From contig OX442314.1 in assembly GCA_949358305.1 (NCBI GenBank), positions 22,568,001 to 22,632,000 on the forward strand: DNA of 64,000 nucleotides, in the 5' to 3' direction. Below the pieces are notes generated by a model. That model did no database searches, was not told the DNA's origin, and saw only the letters and a program-made list of their open reading frames with translations. The DNA is from Strigamia acuminata. Taxonomy: Eukaryota. The translations under genes were made by a program, and so were the position numbers. Shown piece after piece: positions 20,072 to 36,200 of the stretch; the stretch's first letter is position 1; the number at the start of each line of letters is the position of its first letter.

Positions 20072-20557
20072 TTGCTTTTTAAGCCGTTTTTCAGTGCGAT
20101 GTAAATAAGATTCAACCTGTCGTTATTATTGGCATTATCAAGTCCGGTTGGTCGAAAACAAGATGATGTTTTGCACTTTTTCTTCTTGTAGAATGATTTT
20201 ACTCGCGGATCGTGTCTTTCGTTACGGTTTAGAAATTGATTCCGTTCTGCCTCTTCTTTTGAAATAAAAAACGATGGCTTTTTCCGAAAAATAAAACAAC
20301 TTAAAATACAACGAATTTCGTACTGGTTTTATTTAAATTTAAATACGAACATTTCAGGTTTTCATCGTACCTCATCCAACCAATACACCAATCGGAGGCT
20401 TCGTTAGCTTCGGATTTATCCGAGTATCTTTTATCGAGAGCGGTCAAAACATACGTCATCAAACATCTAACCTGTAATGACGATTTGACAAATTATTAGT
20501 AAACCACATTTAAAACTCCAGTAAACAAGCGGAGCTACAATAACATTAGTCGGTCAG

Positions 20558-21907
<1,350 letters not shown>

Positions 21908-24216
21908 CGAGCAAACAAGCTGCGAAAACTCGACATTCGTGTTTAATCTATTATTAATTGTTATTATTTTGTTAATCTTTTTGCTTGTTATTTTATTTTT
22001 GTTTTGGTGCAAATATTTAGACAACGTTTGTCAAAAACCGCCAACTTAAATAAACGCGGATAAAATAAATATGCTCTTCTTTATTTAACCCTTTCACATC
22101 TTTCCCTCTTTTCGCAATTACCCATCTGGCACTCATCTGCATCATATTTTGAGAGCTGCAAGGATGAGGTGTCAGGGGGCGCACGAAGGGTCCTAAAATG
22201 TCGTCAGTCGACACCATGGAGTCAACGGTGTCGACTCAGCCATCATGTATGTAATTTTCCCGGCGCAGGAAATAATCGACTGGATCGCTTTACCTTCGAC
22301 CTCCACCCTTCCAGCAATAGCAATGGCTCGCGAATACAACATGCGCCATGTGACGTCATCCAGTTTGAACTCTAATCTTCGAGCACACAGTTCCTCCTCT
22401 TTCCAACTCATCAGAAGTGGTGAGGGGATACATTTTCACTTATAAACACCTAACCTAAACATTATTGGGGCTCGATCCTCCTCCTGTTCTTCCTGATTGG
22501 CCGGAAGTTGCTCATTACTAACAAATCACACCGTTTATCATAGTCCCCTGACAGACTAAATATAGGCGAGTACGTCACTTTTTAGTGCTACCCATGCAAA
22601 TGATATTTATATTTATTTCTTTGTTGTTTTGTTTTGATTTATTTGCATAGAAATTAATGTTTCGGAGAAACGTCGTTTGTCTAAGGATTAATATTAGAAT
22701 CTGTGCAGTCTGCACACTCGGGCCAATTTCCGGCATGTTCTTTTTTTTTGCTCGGTGATTTACTCGGATATGTATTTAGATTAGATTTTGAAGAGAGTTT
22801 AAAGTGATTTACGTTGGTATTTAGTAAATTATAACGTGTAATTTATGTTTGAGGAAGTTAATTATTATATCATTAATTAAAGGCCAAGTACGGTTCTGTG
22901 TCTGTTATTATTAATTTAAATCAAAATCACTATGTTTACAGTACATTCAAAATTATTAGTTTCGAATTTTTCTCCAAATCATTATAGCGTGTGACGTCAC
23001 AAGATCCAAAATCCCTGGTTTTTCGTTCCCCAGAACTTTGATTAAACATGGCGGACTCTTTCAAACGAGTCCTTTGATTGTTGAGAAATTGCAAGTACTT
23101 GGCACACGTTCCCATAATAAATAAATAAAAATAAAAAATACAAAAAAACATTAAATGAAAATGATTATTTTTTTCTTTCTTATGCTTTAATAATTATAAC
23201 TAGAACATTACCCCATGAGGCCATGATGCTTATTTTAAAAATAAAAAAATTGCTGATTTTTAAATAATCTGCGTATCCGTGGCAAAGAAAATCAAATAAG
23301 GTCAGCAAGATTAAAATCTATTTTAAATTAACTGATTCATATTTTCTAGAAAATAGTAAGAAAGAAATATACAGCATATAGCAAATGATGTCATGTGGCA
23401 AAAACTTCAAAAGAAGATGAAAAAAGAAAAGTAAAAAAAAAAAAACAAAAAAAAAAAACAATTATGCATTTCGACGAGCTTCAGGTCCTTTCAATTTCAA
23501 CATTTGCTGAAGTTTCGTTGAAAAAGTTACAATTCTTTACATAAATTCCCTCTCCTGCTGACTCCGAACAAATACGAAACGTTTACCTTTAAATTTATTG
23601 ACATTAAGAGCAACACGTATATTTCAATTTCCCTCAACTTTAATCTACAATAATAACACTTAAAGTCTGCACCATGCAGAGCACAATTGATGCTAATCAA
23701 TACGAATCTTAAAACTTTTTTTTTTAATTTTTTATTTAAAAACAACAATAACAAAAAAAAAAAAAAAAAAACAATCACAACGGATTACACTTTCGCACGG
23801 AACATGTGCAACCATAAAGAAACCATTCATTAAACGCGCAAATAAAACGACAAAAAGGCCAAGCAAAACTCTTTTTATTACACTTTTTTTTCTAATTTGC
23901 AAAAAGCAAAAAAAAATGATTGTTTTTTGACCGTAGTTACTTTGAATGGAAAGAGAAGCATGTAGTGAGGCGTCTCCCTGGTGCTGTACGTGGGCGTGAT
24001 GAGTGTATCAGAAGACACCATGGAATGCTCTTAGAAGCGCGTGCGTCACTAGGGGTAACAGTTTCTGCTTCGGACTATTTTCATCGGCCTGACGTCACAC
24101 GCACACAGAGTAGAGTTGAGTGGCAGCGCACGCGCGCGTCCCATATCCTGAGCTCAGTAGACAAGGCCAAGGTGGGGCTTTCGTAAAACTCCACACAAGT
24201 GCACGTGTAATGACAA

Positions 24217-27200
24217 ATGGCCCGCGAGTTTGGCGTGCGCGACGCCGCCTCCAAGGCCTGCAACGAGCCCCTTAAGACTCAACACACCTTCACTTTCCAC
24301 GTGGTGAAAACAGGTAAGCCCTTCACGTGGCCCTTCAATTTCACAACTTTATTTGAAAATACAATTTTTATTTTTATTTTTTGCAAGAAATTGGAGAAAA
24401 AAAAAATAATGCAAAAAATTGCAAAAATTGCAAACTTTTTTTTTCTGCTTCTTCTCTTTTCCTGTTGCTTGTTCATTTATTTATAGAAATTGTCCCGAGC
24501 TCATTTTGGCCTTTTCTACTGGAAAATATATAACAGACAGTGAGCTCTACTCTGACCCACTTATCGATTTGCACCGGTAAAAGAAAAATACTGTAAAAGC
24601 AGAACTGCAACAAGCCGCTATAAACAAGTCTTATGGAAATGAAAAATCGACTAGATGCATTTTTCATTGCTCCACGCTCTCTCGGTGTGAAACAAACAGG
24701 AAATGCCTGGATAAATTCAATTATTCAACACTGAAACTAAAACCAGCAGCAATTTGTCCATCAACAGCCATTGTGTTTTTCTTTTCTTCTTTTCCCTCGT
24801 AAAATAACTACTGTTCCGCCTTTTCGCTCTACCACTCGGGTCTACAGCCTGTTGCCATAGCGATGAGTTTCATTAGCTCAGGTTATGGTTACAACAAGGC
24901 AAGAATGTAAGCCCTTTTATGTCCCACTTATATAGTACCGTAATGGTTTACCTGTCACTTTGATTCAGTTTATGAGAGACCGACATTTTTAGGTTTTGCT
25001 TCGGCTCTATTTAAAACTAATCGTTATTTACTTGCTGTTGTTTCTATTAGCTCGAGTGCGATAACGATTTTGCTCTTTGTCTCGATTAAAACGCCATTCA
25101 CGTTGGCCACAATCGTCCTTTTATTAATCGCAAATGCCAGAAATGCAAAGATTTGATTCAATTCAAAGATTTAATACTCAAAAATAAAAATCAATAGTTT
25201 TCAGGAGAATTCTACTAACTAAAACCTCAACTTTCTTGAAGTTTCAGAAGATGAAAAAAAAGATACAAATTTTTAAAAGGTTTTTTTCTTCATTTTTTTT
25301 TTCATCTAAAAACTGAATAGAGATAGCACAGGCAAAGCCAAAAAGGGTAATTAAGGCATTCCTTAATAATTTATGGGTCCTCATTTCATTTTTAAAAAAA
25401 TCGATGAAAGACGTTGAATATATAGGCATGAGCCTAGTTTTAATAATGAATACAATTTTTAACAAAAAAAAAAAAAAAAAAAAGATTAAAGTTGAGAGCA
25501 ATTTCCGAATAGTTTGTTTGAAATATCTCAATATAAAAATTTCAGTTAAAAACGACCAACTTTTCAGCTTTTAGCTCGCAGTAAATCGTTTGAAAAAAGC
25601 GTCTATCTTTCAGTATATTCTTCAAGTAATTTATCACAATAAAAAAATAAAAAAACTTTATTTTTTTTCCACCATAAATAATATAAACTTTAAAGATAAT
25701 CCTTTAAAGCTAACAAAACAGTAAAGTATTAAAAAAATTGTCACTTTACCCATTCCTTCGGACATATCTGTACAAAGTAAATAAATAACCTCACAAAAGC
25801 AAACATATTCCGAGCCCTCTCGAACCAAACGGTTAATAATGCAAGAATAAATGGGAAAATAAGAATAAAAATATAAATACAAACGCATCGGTGCGAGCAA
25901 ACATGATAATGGCATTAGACTCGGTGTTTACTATTTATAATCTTCTTAACTGAAGGTAACACAATAGTCTATTTTTCATGCTTGCAAATGAAAAGCAGGT
26001 TCCTGAGGAAAAACCTTGAGGAAAAATACCCCTAAAATAAGTTTACACAAAAAAGCGATCATTTTACCAGTGCACAGCTATCTAAACGGTCTGTTTGTCT
26101 ATAGGCTCGTACCAATTTGGTGCCAAACTCTTGCCAAAATTAAGCACGCTCAATATCTAATGGATGTTCTAAATTGCACAATAAAATTTGCACGATAGGC
26201 ACATCTCTGTCAAAGTCAAAGTAATCCCACAGACTCTCAACTGATCAATTTACTATTTTAAAAAAAAAAATTATATTTTTTTAAACCAGTTTCCTACTTA
26301 TCTGGAGATACGTTAAATCTTTACCAAATTTTATGAAAATGATGATGATCCCAAACTAGGCCTATTTGCTTCAAACATCTCAAATTACGTTTGGTATTTT
26401 TTCAGCCTAGTTGTGACATGATCTCCCTCATTTTGTATCATGTGATATTTACACAGAGAAACATAAGAACTAGAAAATAAGAACAATTTATAAATGTTAA
26501 AGGCTAACTGGGACTCCCAAAGACGTTCCAAATTAATCATCAAGGTCAATCTCTATACACTAGAATTTGTTTTTGAAAAAAAAAAAAAAAAAAATCAACT
26601 CAAATTGGTAAATCTCAGATTTCAAAAACAGCAATTTCCTTTAATATAGTACTATTTTTATTTCATAAATATATTTATAAAATTTTCTAACCAATTGAAT
26701 CTCACAGGTTAGAAAATTTATTGTATTAAAAAAATTAATCTGACAAAAAGATCAGTATCAGGCGTTATTTAGGAGATCAATATACGATATCGGTTGATAT
26801 CGGATAATTGTGGTATCGGTTGGTATTGGGTTTTTGTGGTATCGGTTGGTATTGAGTAATTGTGGTATCGGTCAAACCCTAATTAAAATTGTTTGAAAGA
26901 ATGTCGTTGGTATTCATTTTGTCTTTGATTATTTATTTCCGCAGTTGCTGACTTTGCCCAGCAATTGGCCACAATCCATGAACAACAGGCAGAAGAATTA
27001 CAGCGTCTTGTAGAGACATTCCGCAAACGCAATGCTGAACTCAGGCGTGAGAAACCATTGTACCAAAACAACCTATTTGCAAGCTGGGAGACGTTTCTTC
27101 AAGAAGTGGAAGTCGACTCACAGATCCACAGTGATATTGCAAGCACTTTAGGTCGACAAGTTAGTATACCTCTTCTGGAAAGGACGTTTCACCGGAAAGT

Positions 27201-30200
27201 ACAATCTCGCAAAGTTTTCTCTCATAGAGAAAACTACGAAGCAATACTCAACAAGACAGAAGAACTTCTAAACAAAGTAAGAATAACGACAGTAAATAGA
27301 ATCTTATTAGAAAGCAGTTGCTGAGAAAACAATAGCGGCATTCGAAAAGTCATTTAAACCAACGCTTCTTAAAGTGATGGTCCGCGATGAAGAAGCTGCC
27401 GGTCTGCCACTTTACCGTTGAAACACAAAGATTATAAAGGCTTGGTTACCGGTCCGTAACACACTGGGACAAAAAATACTGGTCCGCTACATTACATAGT
27501 TTGAGAAGCGCGGTATTTGTAAACAACATATTTAAACTGCTTGACTGAGGATTGTCTCAATCTATCTTTAAAAAAAGGGTGGCTGATTTAGTCTGCATGT
27601 AGTCTGCACTAGTAGTCCAACACAAGTGATTACACTGTTCCATTTCTGGCTAAAATATACATTTAAAATTAAATTTTTTGGGATAAATTAAAGTTTTTCA
27701 CTTAAAATTAATTTTCTTGACTAAAAATTAATTTTCTTGGCTCAACAACAGTAGCGCCAAGTGCGACAATTTTTCGCACTACCCTAACAGCACTTAAGCT
27801 AACGGCTTTCCGGATTTAATTATTTTGTCCCAAATTTGGTACATTATGGACACCAAAGTGTCGTCGAGATTGTCCATCTGAGGGTTAACTGCAAGTAATC
27901 TTTGAATTTGCTTAGGTTGCCTACCATTAGAGTTGTTCACGTGTGCGATATATCTTCTTGGAGTTTTTAGGGTTTATTTTCTTGAATTTTGGAGTTTTTA
28001 GAGTTTATTTTCATGAAATTTTTGGTTTTTGCGCGATGCGGTTTATTTTCATGAAATTTTGGGTTTTTGCGGCGATGCGGTATTTTGCAATTATGCAATT
28101 TTTGCGGTTTTATGATATACCGTGTGCATTGCGGTTTTTTACGGAAACCGTGCCGCACTTGCCAAAAAAAATAACCGCACAACCCTACCTACCATATCAC
28201 TATGGTTAGTCTGCCATAGTAAAAGAGGCCCAACTACTACCCGTACATCGTAACTATCTTTAAGCTGAGTAATTTGACAAATGATGACGTAAAAACACAT
28301 ATCTGTGCGCCAAATTACACACAAGGCACAAACGATAAAGAAGACACTCTTGAAAGCACCGATTGAATGCGTAGATTAAACTTGGTTAATGTTGAGGCAG
28401 TGAACTTGTTCACACGCTGAAGTTGCTGAATAATATTGGATATGAAATACACAGAAAATATACTTGGCTATCTACAGTAAGTATGTTTTAGTCGTTCTTC
28501 ATGTGCAATGATGGGCAAACAAGTGCATTGAAATTGGGACTCTTTAATGCCACTGGGAAAGAAAACCACTCACATTTATTTTAAAACCACTCTCAATACA
28601 TTTTTTGTGTGTCTGCATAAAGTTTGACAGCGAAATGTAAAGAAAATGTGAGATTAAAGGAACAAAGATTCATTGCCAGAGAGAAAATGAATGTTGAAAC
28701 ATATTTATTTACTTGATTAAATTCCTGGCTCATTAAAAAAGATAGTTTGGCAAAAGCATTAAAAAGCTGTGTTCAGCTTCCACCTTGAAAGTACAGTCCT
28801 ATTAATGTGAGTTACAACTTGGTCATAATGCTCCTGAAAAGCAACACCACTTTCAATTTGGAATCTCCATTACACCCTAAAAGACTGAACAACAACAACT
28901 ACTAAATACAATTTACCACTTCAACATTTTTTTTCAGACAAATAAAATAAATCTAAATTATCCACACTAGACAACATTATTACAGATTAAATGTAAATTT
29001 ACTCCATTTAAAAAACCTGATTTGACCATATGTGGTACCTATTTAATTGGTAACACAATAATACTTACCTTTAAATCCAAGTTAATTATTAACACAATAA
29101 TGCAGTGCATTCCCTAAAGGGCACAGGCAAAATCCAGTGACCAAAGCACCTTCAGTGTATCTAATACTAAATTCGTCCTCTCTTCCTGCTACCAGGCACT
29201 TTACCAGAAAACCTCAGATCAATTTTGACCCCCTAAAAGGGTTTGTATTTATTTTTGTAAGATAAACAGATTTATCCTAGCAACATTTCAAACAATTAAC
29301 AGAATACATAAAAGTTGTGATTTTTTTTATTTCACCCTTAAGGTTTCGCACATAAGTAATTTTTAATATTTCCCTGGACACATGTTGAGTGGATTTAATG
29401 GCTAATAATTACACCTGAGGAAGAACAAAGGGAAATTCGCATCCTAAATTATTGTCTACTGTAGTATTTAGTGAACCATGCCATAAACACTTGAATTTAC
29501 CATTTCTTTCAATAAAAATGTTCAAAATGTTTAATAATTGTGAATCAAATCTGCGTCATTGTACTATAACCAGGCTAAACCAAAAAAACAAAAACAACAG
29601 ACAAATAATTGCTTCCTTCAGCAGAAAGAATTGAATTTCACAGATATAGAAATGAGTAATTAGAAAGTTGAGCAGCATTAACCCTTGGACTTACTGGGAA
29701 TTCCAATTATTTCTCATCCTACTGTTTCTAGATAAGAATATTGACCAACCTCCAACTGGAGGTTTCAGTAGTATCACAGTTCTCTCTGCACGGTTGGATT
29801 CTTAAGACAAGAAATTTCTAGCCAATCACACCGATTAGAATCACATCAATTTTGTGTCAGTTTATAGTTTAGGTTTACAAACGCATGGCACGACCTTAAT
29901 ACAACCCCTCCAGAAATTGTGCTATTTTTGTCACGCCACGAGGCTCAAAACGAGATGTTACACGAGATTTGCACAACGTTTTGTATTGCGCTCCTACTAA
30001 AATATAAAACTAGTACATAATCCTCAAACTACAGATGCATTCAAACTTAATAAAACGAATTCTCCTCAAATCACGTAAAAAAGTGACGAATAGAAGCGAA
30101 TTCTCGATTGAAAACACTAAAAATTGAACTGAACTAAAAAGATGGTTACCTAAAAATGTCGTATAAACAATACTGTAGCAATTGCCGAAGAGATAAGTCA

Positions 30201-33200
30201 CTTCTATAAGTCAAACAGGTTATTTCAGACAAACACGTCAATTTGTCTTGTGAAGATGCACCTTGTAGAAGACCGGAGCAGGAACCCAACACACAAAAAC
30301 TTCTATCTCAATGCGCACTTCTTTGATAATTAATAGTGTGACATTAATGGCGTAATTTTTACAACTGAAGATGATCGTTTAATCGAAAAACCTACGGTTT
30401 TAGTTAACAGTTTGTAAGTTTAAAAGCACCATTAATGTCATTAAAATTACTTTATGTAACCTAACATTGCTCTACTAAGCCTATATAATCTTTGCGTTTC
30501 AACGGTAAATTGTCGGACCAGCAGCCTCTTGCTCTCACTTTGAGAAACGCCGACCTTGTACATTTAAAATTTAAATCCCGTTTGATTTATTGACACGCCG
30601 AATATTTTTTTTATTTCTTTTCAGTGCTACAGAGATTATTCGGAAGCTGTTCAGAAATTGTTAGCCGATCAATCCACTGGCAATGTAGCGGCCTATTACA
30701 TTAGTCACAACGCATACGTACAGCAGCTGCACGCTTCAAACGCAATGATAGATGAATATCATTGCCACATTTTGCCTCAACTTTTAAACGTTTGTCACTT
30801 TTTCTCTTCTTGCCAACATCAAACAAACTCACGCTACATTCAAATATGTTTTACAGGAACTGGAAGATATTTATTTGGACCTGAGTGCGACAGTTTCCAA
30901 ATCCATCACCGACTGTGCCGATATTATAGCCGCTAAGGCCCACGAACAAACAGACCGATATGAAAATCTAGGACTGTTGGCGAAGAATGTGGTGGCTCGC
31001 GCCGACCTCAGCAACTATATTAAATCTTTGGGAGTCGAAAAGGCACCGCAGGATTACTGCCATCACGATTTCACACCACCTCACTTTGACGCTGATGCTG
31101 TAAATATTCAAGTAAGTTTCATATATAAGTTTACACACTTGCCTATATTCAATGAATATTGGTGCTGGGCATGCTGGCAGATGATTAAATTGTTCATTCC
31201 GCACAAATGGGGTTTTCCAGCCTCTTTAAATAGTTGATCTAAAGTGTTTTGGCATTTTTGCAAACTTTAAATTGTCGTGTTGCTAACAGCAAGTCAAGAT
31301 TAAAATTTAAAGTTAATGGTCACTATTGCGAATTTGCGATCAGGATTTTACGCATGCTCTGCAACTTAGCATCCAGGGCCTTTGAGAGGCGAGATGGGGC
31401 CCAAGTCGGTCACAAATGTGGGGCCTGTCGGAATAAAATCCATAGATTTTGTTTTACAATTTATTATTTACTTTGCAGCGATATGGCATGCCAATTATCC
31501 ACTTGCAGTTTTTTGTTTTAACTCGAGAACCCCTGGAGTTTGTTTTGAAGCCCCCTTAAAGCCGAGGGCCCGAGCCAAGTAGCTCTGCTAGCCCCTCCCC
31601 TCTAACTGGCCCAGCCTAGTGACTAAAACTAATAGCAACATAGCCTCTTGGCATAGATTTAAATAAACATTCTACGGAGTACTATATGGCTGTAGTTGTG
31701 GGTTGCCACCACCAGGGTTTGCCAGTGGGCAGAGCCTGAGACTGAACATGCTACGTAGAAATCGAACTCTGTTTGGCATTTCTCGAGACATTTCCTGAGG
31801 TATAAAAGTTTTTATCTATTTTTGGGACTCGATTTTTATTTTATTTACACATACCATTACAATTACACGGAAAACGTCCAATTTTATGGCACTAAACCTA
31901 ACCTAACGTGCATAAATTGAGCCCTTTAGATTGAATTAATGGAATATTTGTTACTCAATCCACTAATCAAATCCTATAACCAAATAATGAGTTGAGTGTT
32001 TTGCAGGTTTATATGACTAAATTACTCAATAACAACCGCTGATGTTGCCAACACCAGCTGATGCTGTGTAATAACTATAAATATAAAGTAAAACCTGCAA
32101 TATTGAAACCCAACTAAACGTCACAAGAATGATGGATAACAGATAGATAAAAAAGACAATAAAAAAGAAGTAATATCTCAACTTGAATTTTGTTGGCCCT
32201 GAAGTCTCCCTCTTGCGTCCAAATTTTTAAGCAGAAATTTTTTTAGGTAGTCAAGTGGCTGGACATGCTCGTTAGCAATATTACTCCTCCTACTATTACT
32301 ACAAAATTTGCAAAATCACACATCCGTAGTAAACAAACAAGCAAACACTATCATTATCAATAATAATAAAAATAATAATAACAGAGGCGAAACAATTAGG
32401 GTGCAGCGCGTGCTTTTGACACAAGCCCATTAGAAGATGAAGATGAAAATAGCGACTATATAAGCTTATCTCGCCAAGTACAGAAAATCTAAGCTACAGC
32501 TCTGCTAAAGGGCCCATCAACCCAACTACACACAGGCCCATTGACTTTTTGCTACGCCACTGAATAATAATAATAATAATAACAGTTGTTTATTTTCTAT
32601 CTTAAAGAAAGCCTGCCCCTCCCAACAGCCGAAGCCTACGAAGAGAGAGACGGGGCCTTAACGTTTTGACTTGTTTATGTCATTTAGATCGTTTAGATGA
32701 GTGCTTTCGTTAATAGGAGTGCGAATGTCTTGTTTTGCATGTATAACAAGCAATTACATGACTTTGTGCACACACTTAAGACCTTTAAATAAAAGCTATC
32801 AGCACGGAATAAATGTAAACATGGTTAAAAGCAAGTTCAACTGCTCTTCAAAAAAATTAGTACGCATTAAAAGATGACAAATTCAACTTGATTTTGGAAA
32901 CAGAAATTTGTGGTATTATGATATAGCTTCAACTCGACCACTCGTGGCCACAAAATCAAAGGCAGCAAAGAAAGAAATAAACAAACGCCCGATTCCACTG
33001 GGACTCATCCAAAACCTCGTTTAGTTCCACCCAAGCACGAAGTCCTCGGCATCCCGAGAGATAACCGAGATATTAAAGGATACATTTTACTACCAAACTT
33101 CTAATATAAAATTAAAACTGTTGACGAATTCTTCACTATTTCAACCGATTGATCGCACTCGGCCGATGTCCATTATGCCTTTTATATACTGTTCTAAACT

Positions 33201-36200
33201 TGATTTAACTTCCGGCAGACTTTAACAGCCAAATCGAAACTTATTTTCATAAATGACTAGCGAGCTTGCCTAACTTATTTATCACATTGATCTAAGAAAT
33301 TGAAGCAAATTGATACTCGCAGCGCGCCCATCTCGCCTTTAAGGCTTTATTGGCCGCATTGCGTGTTTATAAAAATTTCTATTAACACTTTTAAATTTAA
33401 TTTAGGACTCCGAAATTATCCCATCATTCTCAAACGAGGTGCTAATCGATAAAACTAACATCGCAACAAGTCGTTCTCTCTACGATGCATTGCGTAAAGA
33501 AATGACCGAATTACACGTGACGCTAAGACAATTGCAAGACTCCTTGGACTCAACTTTACGTATTCAACAAAGGTAGAGAAAATGTGGAGATTTGGTTGCA
33601 ACACTGGAAAAGAAAGAAAAAAAAATTGAATTTCTTACAATTTGAGAAAAATCATTAAATTTTGTTATTTTGTATTTTAGAAATTCATTTTTTTTAAAGT
33701 TAAAGTTGACACACAGTGAACAAGTGGATTAAGTATGTAGAGATGACGTCAAATGGATTATTTGTTGCAACCAAAAGCATGCGCAAGCCGTCATCTCGAG
33801 TGCAAAGAAATAACACGTAGGTTTTGCTTGCAGGAGCGTGGAGAGTAATTTATTTAATAAAGCTAATGAGTTGCAAGAGGATATCAGCTTGAAACAATTC
33901 GATTTCCGAGTGAAACAAATCCACCTGGCTGCTGTGCGCGCTCAGGTAAGTTCATAAATATTGCAATAGAAAAATTAATCCTTCTCACTAGTTTTTGAAA
34001 AGCAATTGCAATGTAAATGCTTTCTCTGTGGGCGTCACGTTATCCAGGAAAGCGCTACCAGGCGGGGCTTTTGTTCTTTCTGTCTTTCTGTCTCTCTCTC
34101 TCTCTCCAACTGCATAACCTTTGACATTTCAGCTGCATGTCTTTTAGCAAGATTAAATAATTAATCAACCATAAAAATAAACTATTCTTTTTATGGAATT
34201 ATTTATTTTTTTCCTTTTCAAATTTTAAATAATAATAACAACTCGATTATTGATCTCCAGATTCATTATAAATTAAAAAATTTTTTTTTTTAAAAAGATA
34301 CAGAAAAACAAACTTTTATTCCAATTTATTTAATTTATATAATGAAATTTGCATATGACGTTTCTCGTGATAAAAACGCGAACAAAAAACCTTTTAACTA
34401 AAAATGAACTAAAAATATAGGCAAATCGCGTGTTAAACGCGTTTCTGTACATTTTTTTCATTGAAAAACTTTCACAATTTATTTTTCAAAAATATTTTTC
34501 AAAAAAAATTAAATTAAAAAAAATTTTTTTTTCAAAAAAAATTAAATATCTCGTCCTTAATTCTCAATTGCACTGTGGATTGAAATAAAACTGACAGTTT
34601 GTGAAGATTTTCGACCTCCTATTCACCCTGTGCAGCCCAAACGTTGGAGGGAAGTATGGTTGCATGCGATAGCAAAGTTCCAACCCATATCCCCTCGACT
34701 GCTCTTATGGTGGCTGTCTCCCGATCAATCGTCGGCAGGCGTTGAGAGCGCGCTTCAGTGACGTACATTCTGTATCAGGTGGAGTTGCTCGGAGCTAAAT
34801 TGGACGACAGAAGCGATGCCAGCAATGGCAGAGACAGGAAAATGTCATCGTCCAGCACGGGCAGCATGAAGAGTAAGTGGCTTAAGGCATTTAAGAGTCT
34901 TAAGACTGGCGGTGGAGATGCCAGTGGCAGCAAGTAAGTTGTGAAAACTTCATTTCGTTTATCACCTCCTACAATGTCAACCGGAATTTGGCAGGAAAAA
35001 CGACCGTAAGGAAAGCAGACCTGATGGATCGCCCATTTCACCAGGTGAAAACATGCACCTGTTCGTCGAGTACACGTTCAAGAAGATCTCGGCTTGCGAT
35101 GTCTGCAATGAAATCCTTCGAGGTAAAATCATTTATCGACTCAACAATCACATTCCACCTGTAAATATTGCCACGTTTTCCAGGTCATACTCGTCAAGGC
35201 ATGAGGTGCAAATTGTGTAAATACAATTCGCATGTTGATTGTCAGGCGGGAGCCGGCAAGTGTAATGTAAGTGATCAAACAAGTACAATTTTTACACTTA
35301 GTTTTAACGCGCCAAAAAGGGTTCTGAGCAGTGTTAACACGTGTTACTCGACTCGACTTGTTATTGTAGACTAAATCCATTATTTTGTTACTATTTGTGG
35401 GTTGTCGATTTTAGCGCCGGCAAATGTTTTAACGATTGCCAACATTGGGGATAATGGGATTTTTACATATTGCAACGACTAGATAAAGAGATAGCGAAAT
35501 CTAATTAATAAAAGTGAATTAGAAATTGATTTTTCAAAAGGTTAAGAAACTCGAAATAGTTTGCCCGACCTCTAAAAATAGTTGTAGCATTCCATTAAAA
35601 TAAACTGGCGCGGATCAGCATTTCAAGAATTATTAATATTAAATTTAATACAGTACGTCGCGTTAATATTCAAACTCATTTCCCTGCACAAATTCCCTTC
35701 TTAAGCCTAGTACTCATACGCTTTCAGAGTCTAAATATTTTTACAGTCTTAATTTTTCAACAGCACCATTTCAAGTGGAATGTTTATCCTCTTATTACTC
35801 AGAGTATGATAAATTTGTGGCACTCATGAAATTGTCACCAGAAAGTTTCCGTACTCTTAAACTGTGTGAGTCATTGTTGCTTGTTTTGCAAATGGCTGGT
35901 CTTTTTGCAATTAAAAAAGCATTTATTTTGTCTGAAATGCAGGCAAAAATATAATTCTACTAACCTTCAACAAACAACGTGTTCAATTTTAGTAGTTGGG
36001 TGTCTTTGTTTGCAACCGGCTGTGACCAGTTGCAAATTTTAGATCAAAAACAAGGGAATTCTGGGTAGACAAAACAATTCGTTTCCACTTGCAAGGGTGA
36101 TTCAGAGTCTAAACAATATTTTTATGAGTACCACCCTTGGCAGGAAACTTAAGACTTTGATTCCTGTTACCATTCCAAGGACGGAATGGTGTTATGAGTA

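Noticed and set aside
28442..28482. Short ATG ORF ending at GTAAGT inside a Stac intron
   Set aside because: Its phase-2 donor does not fit the next exon (phase 0 at 30625).
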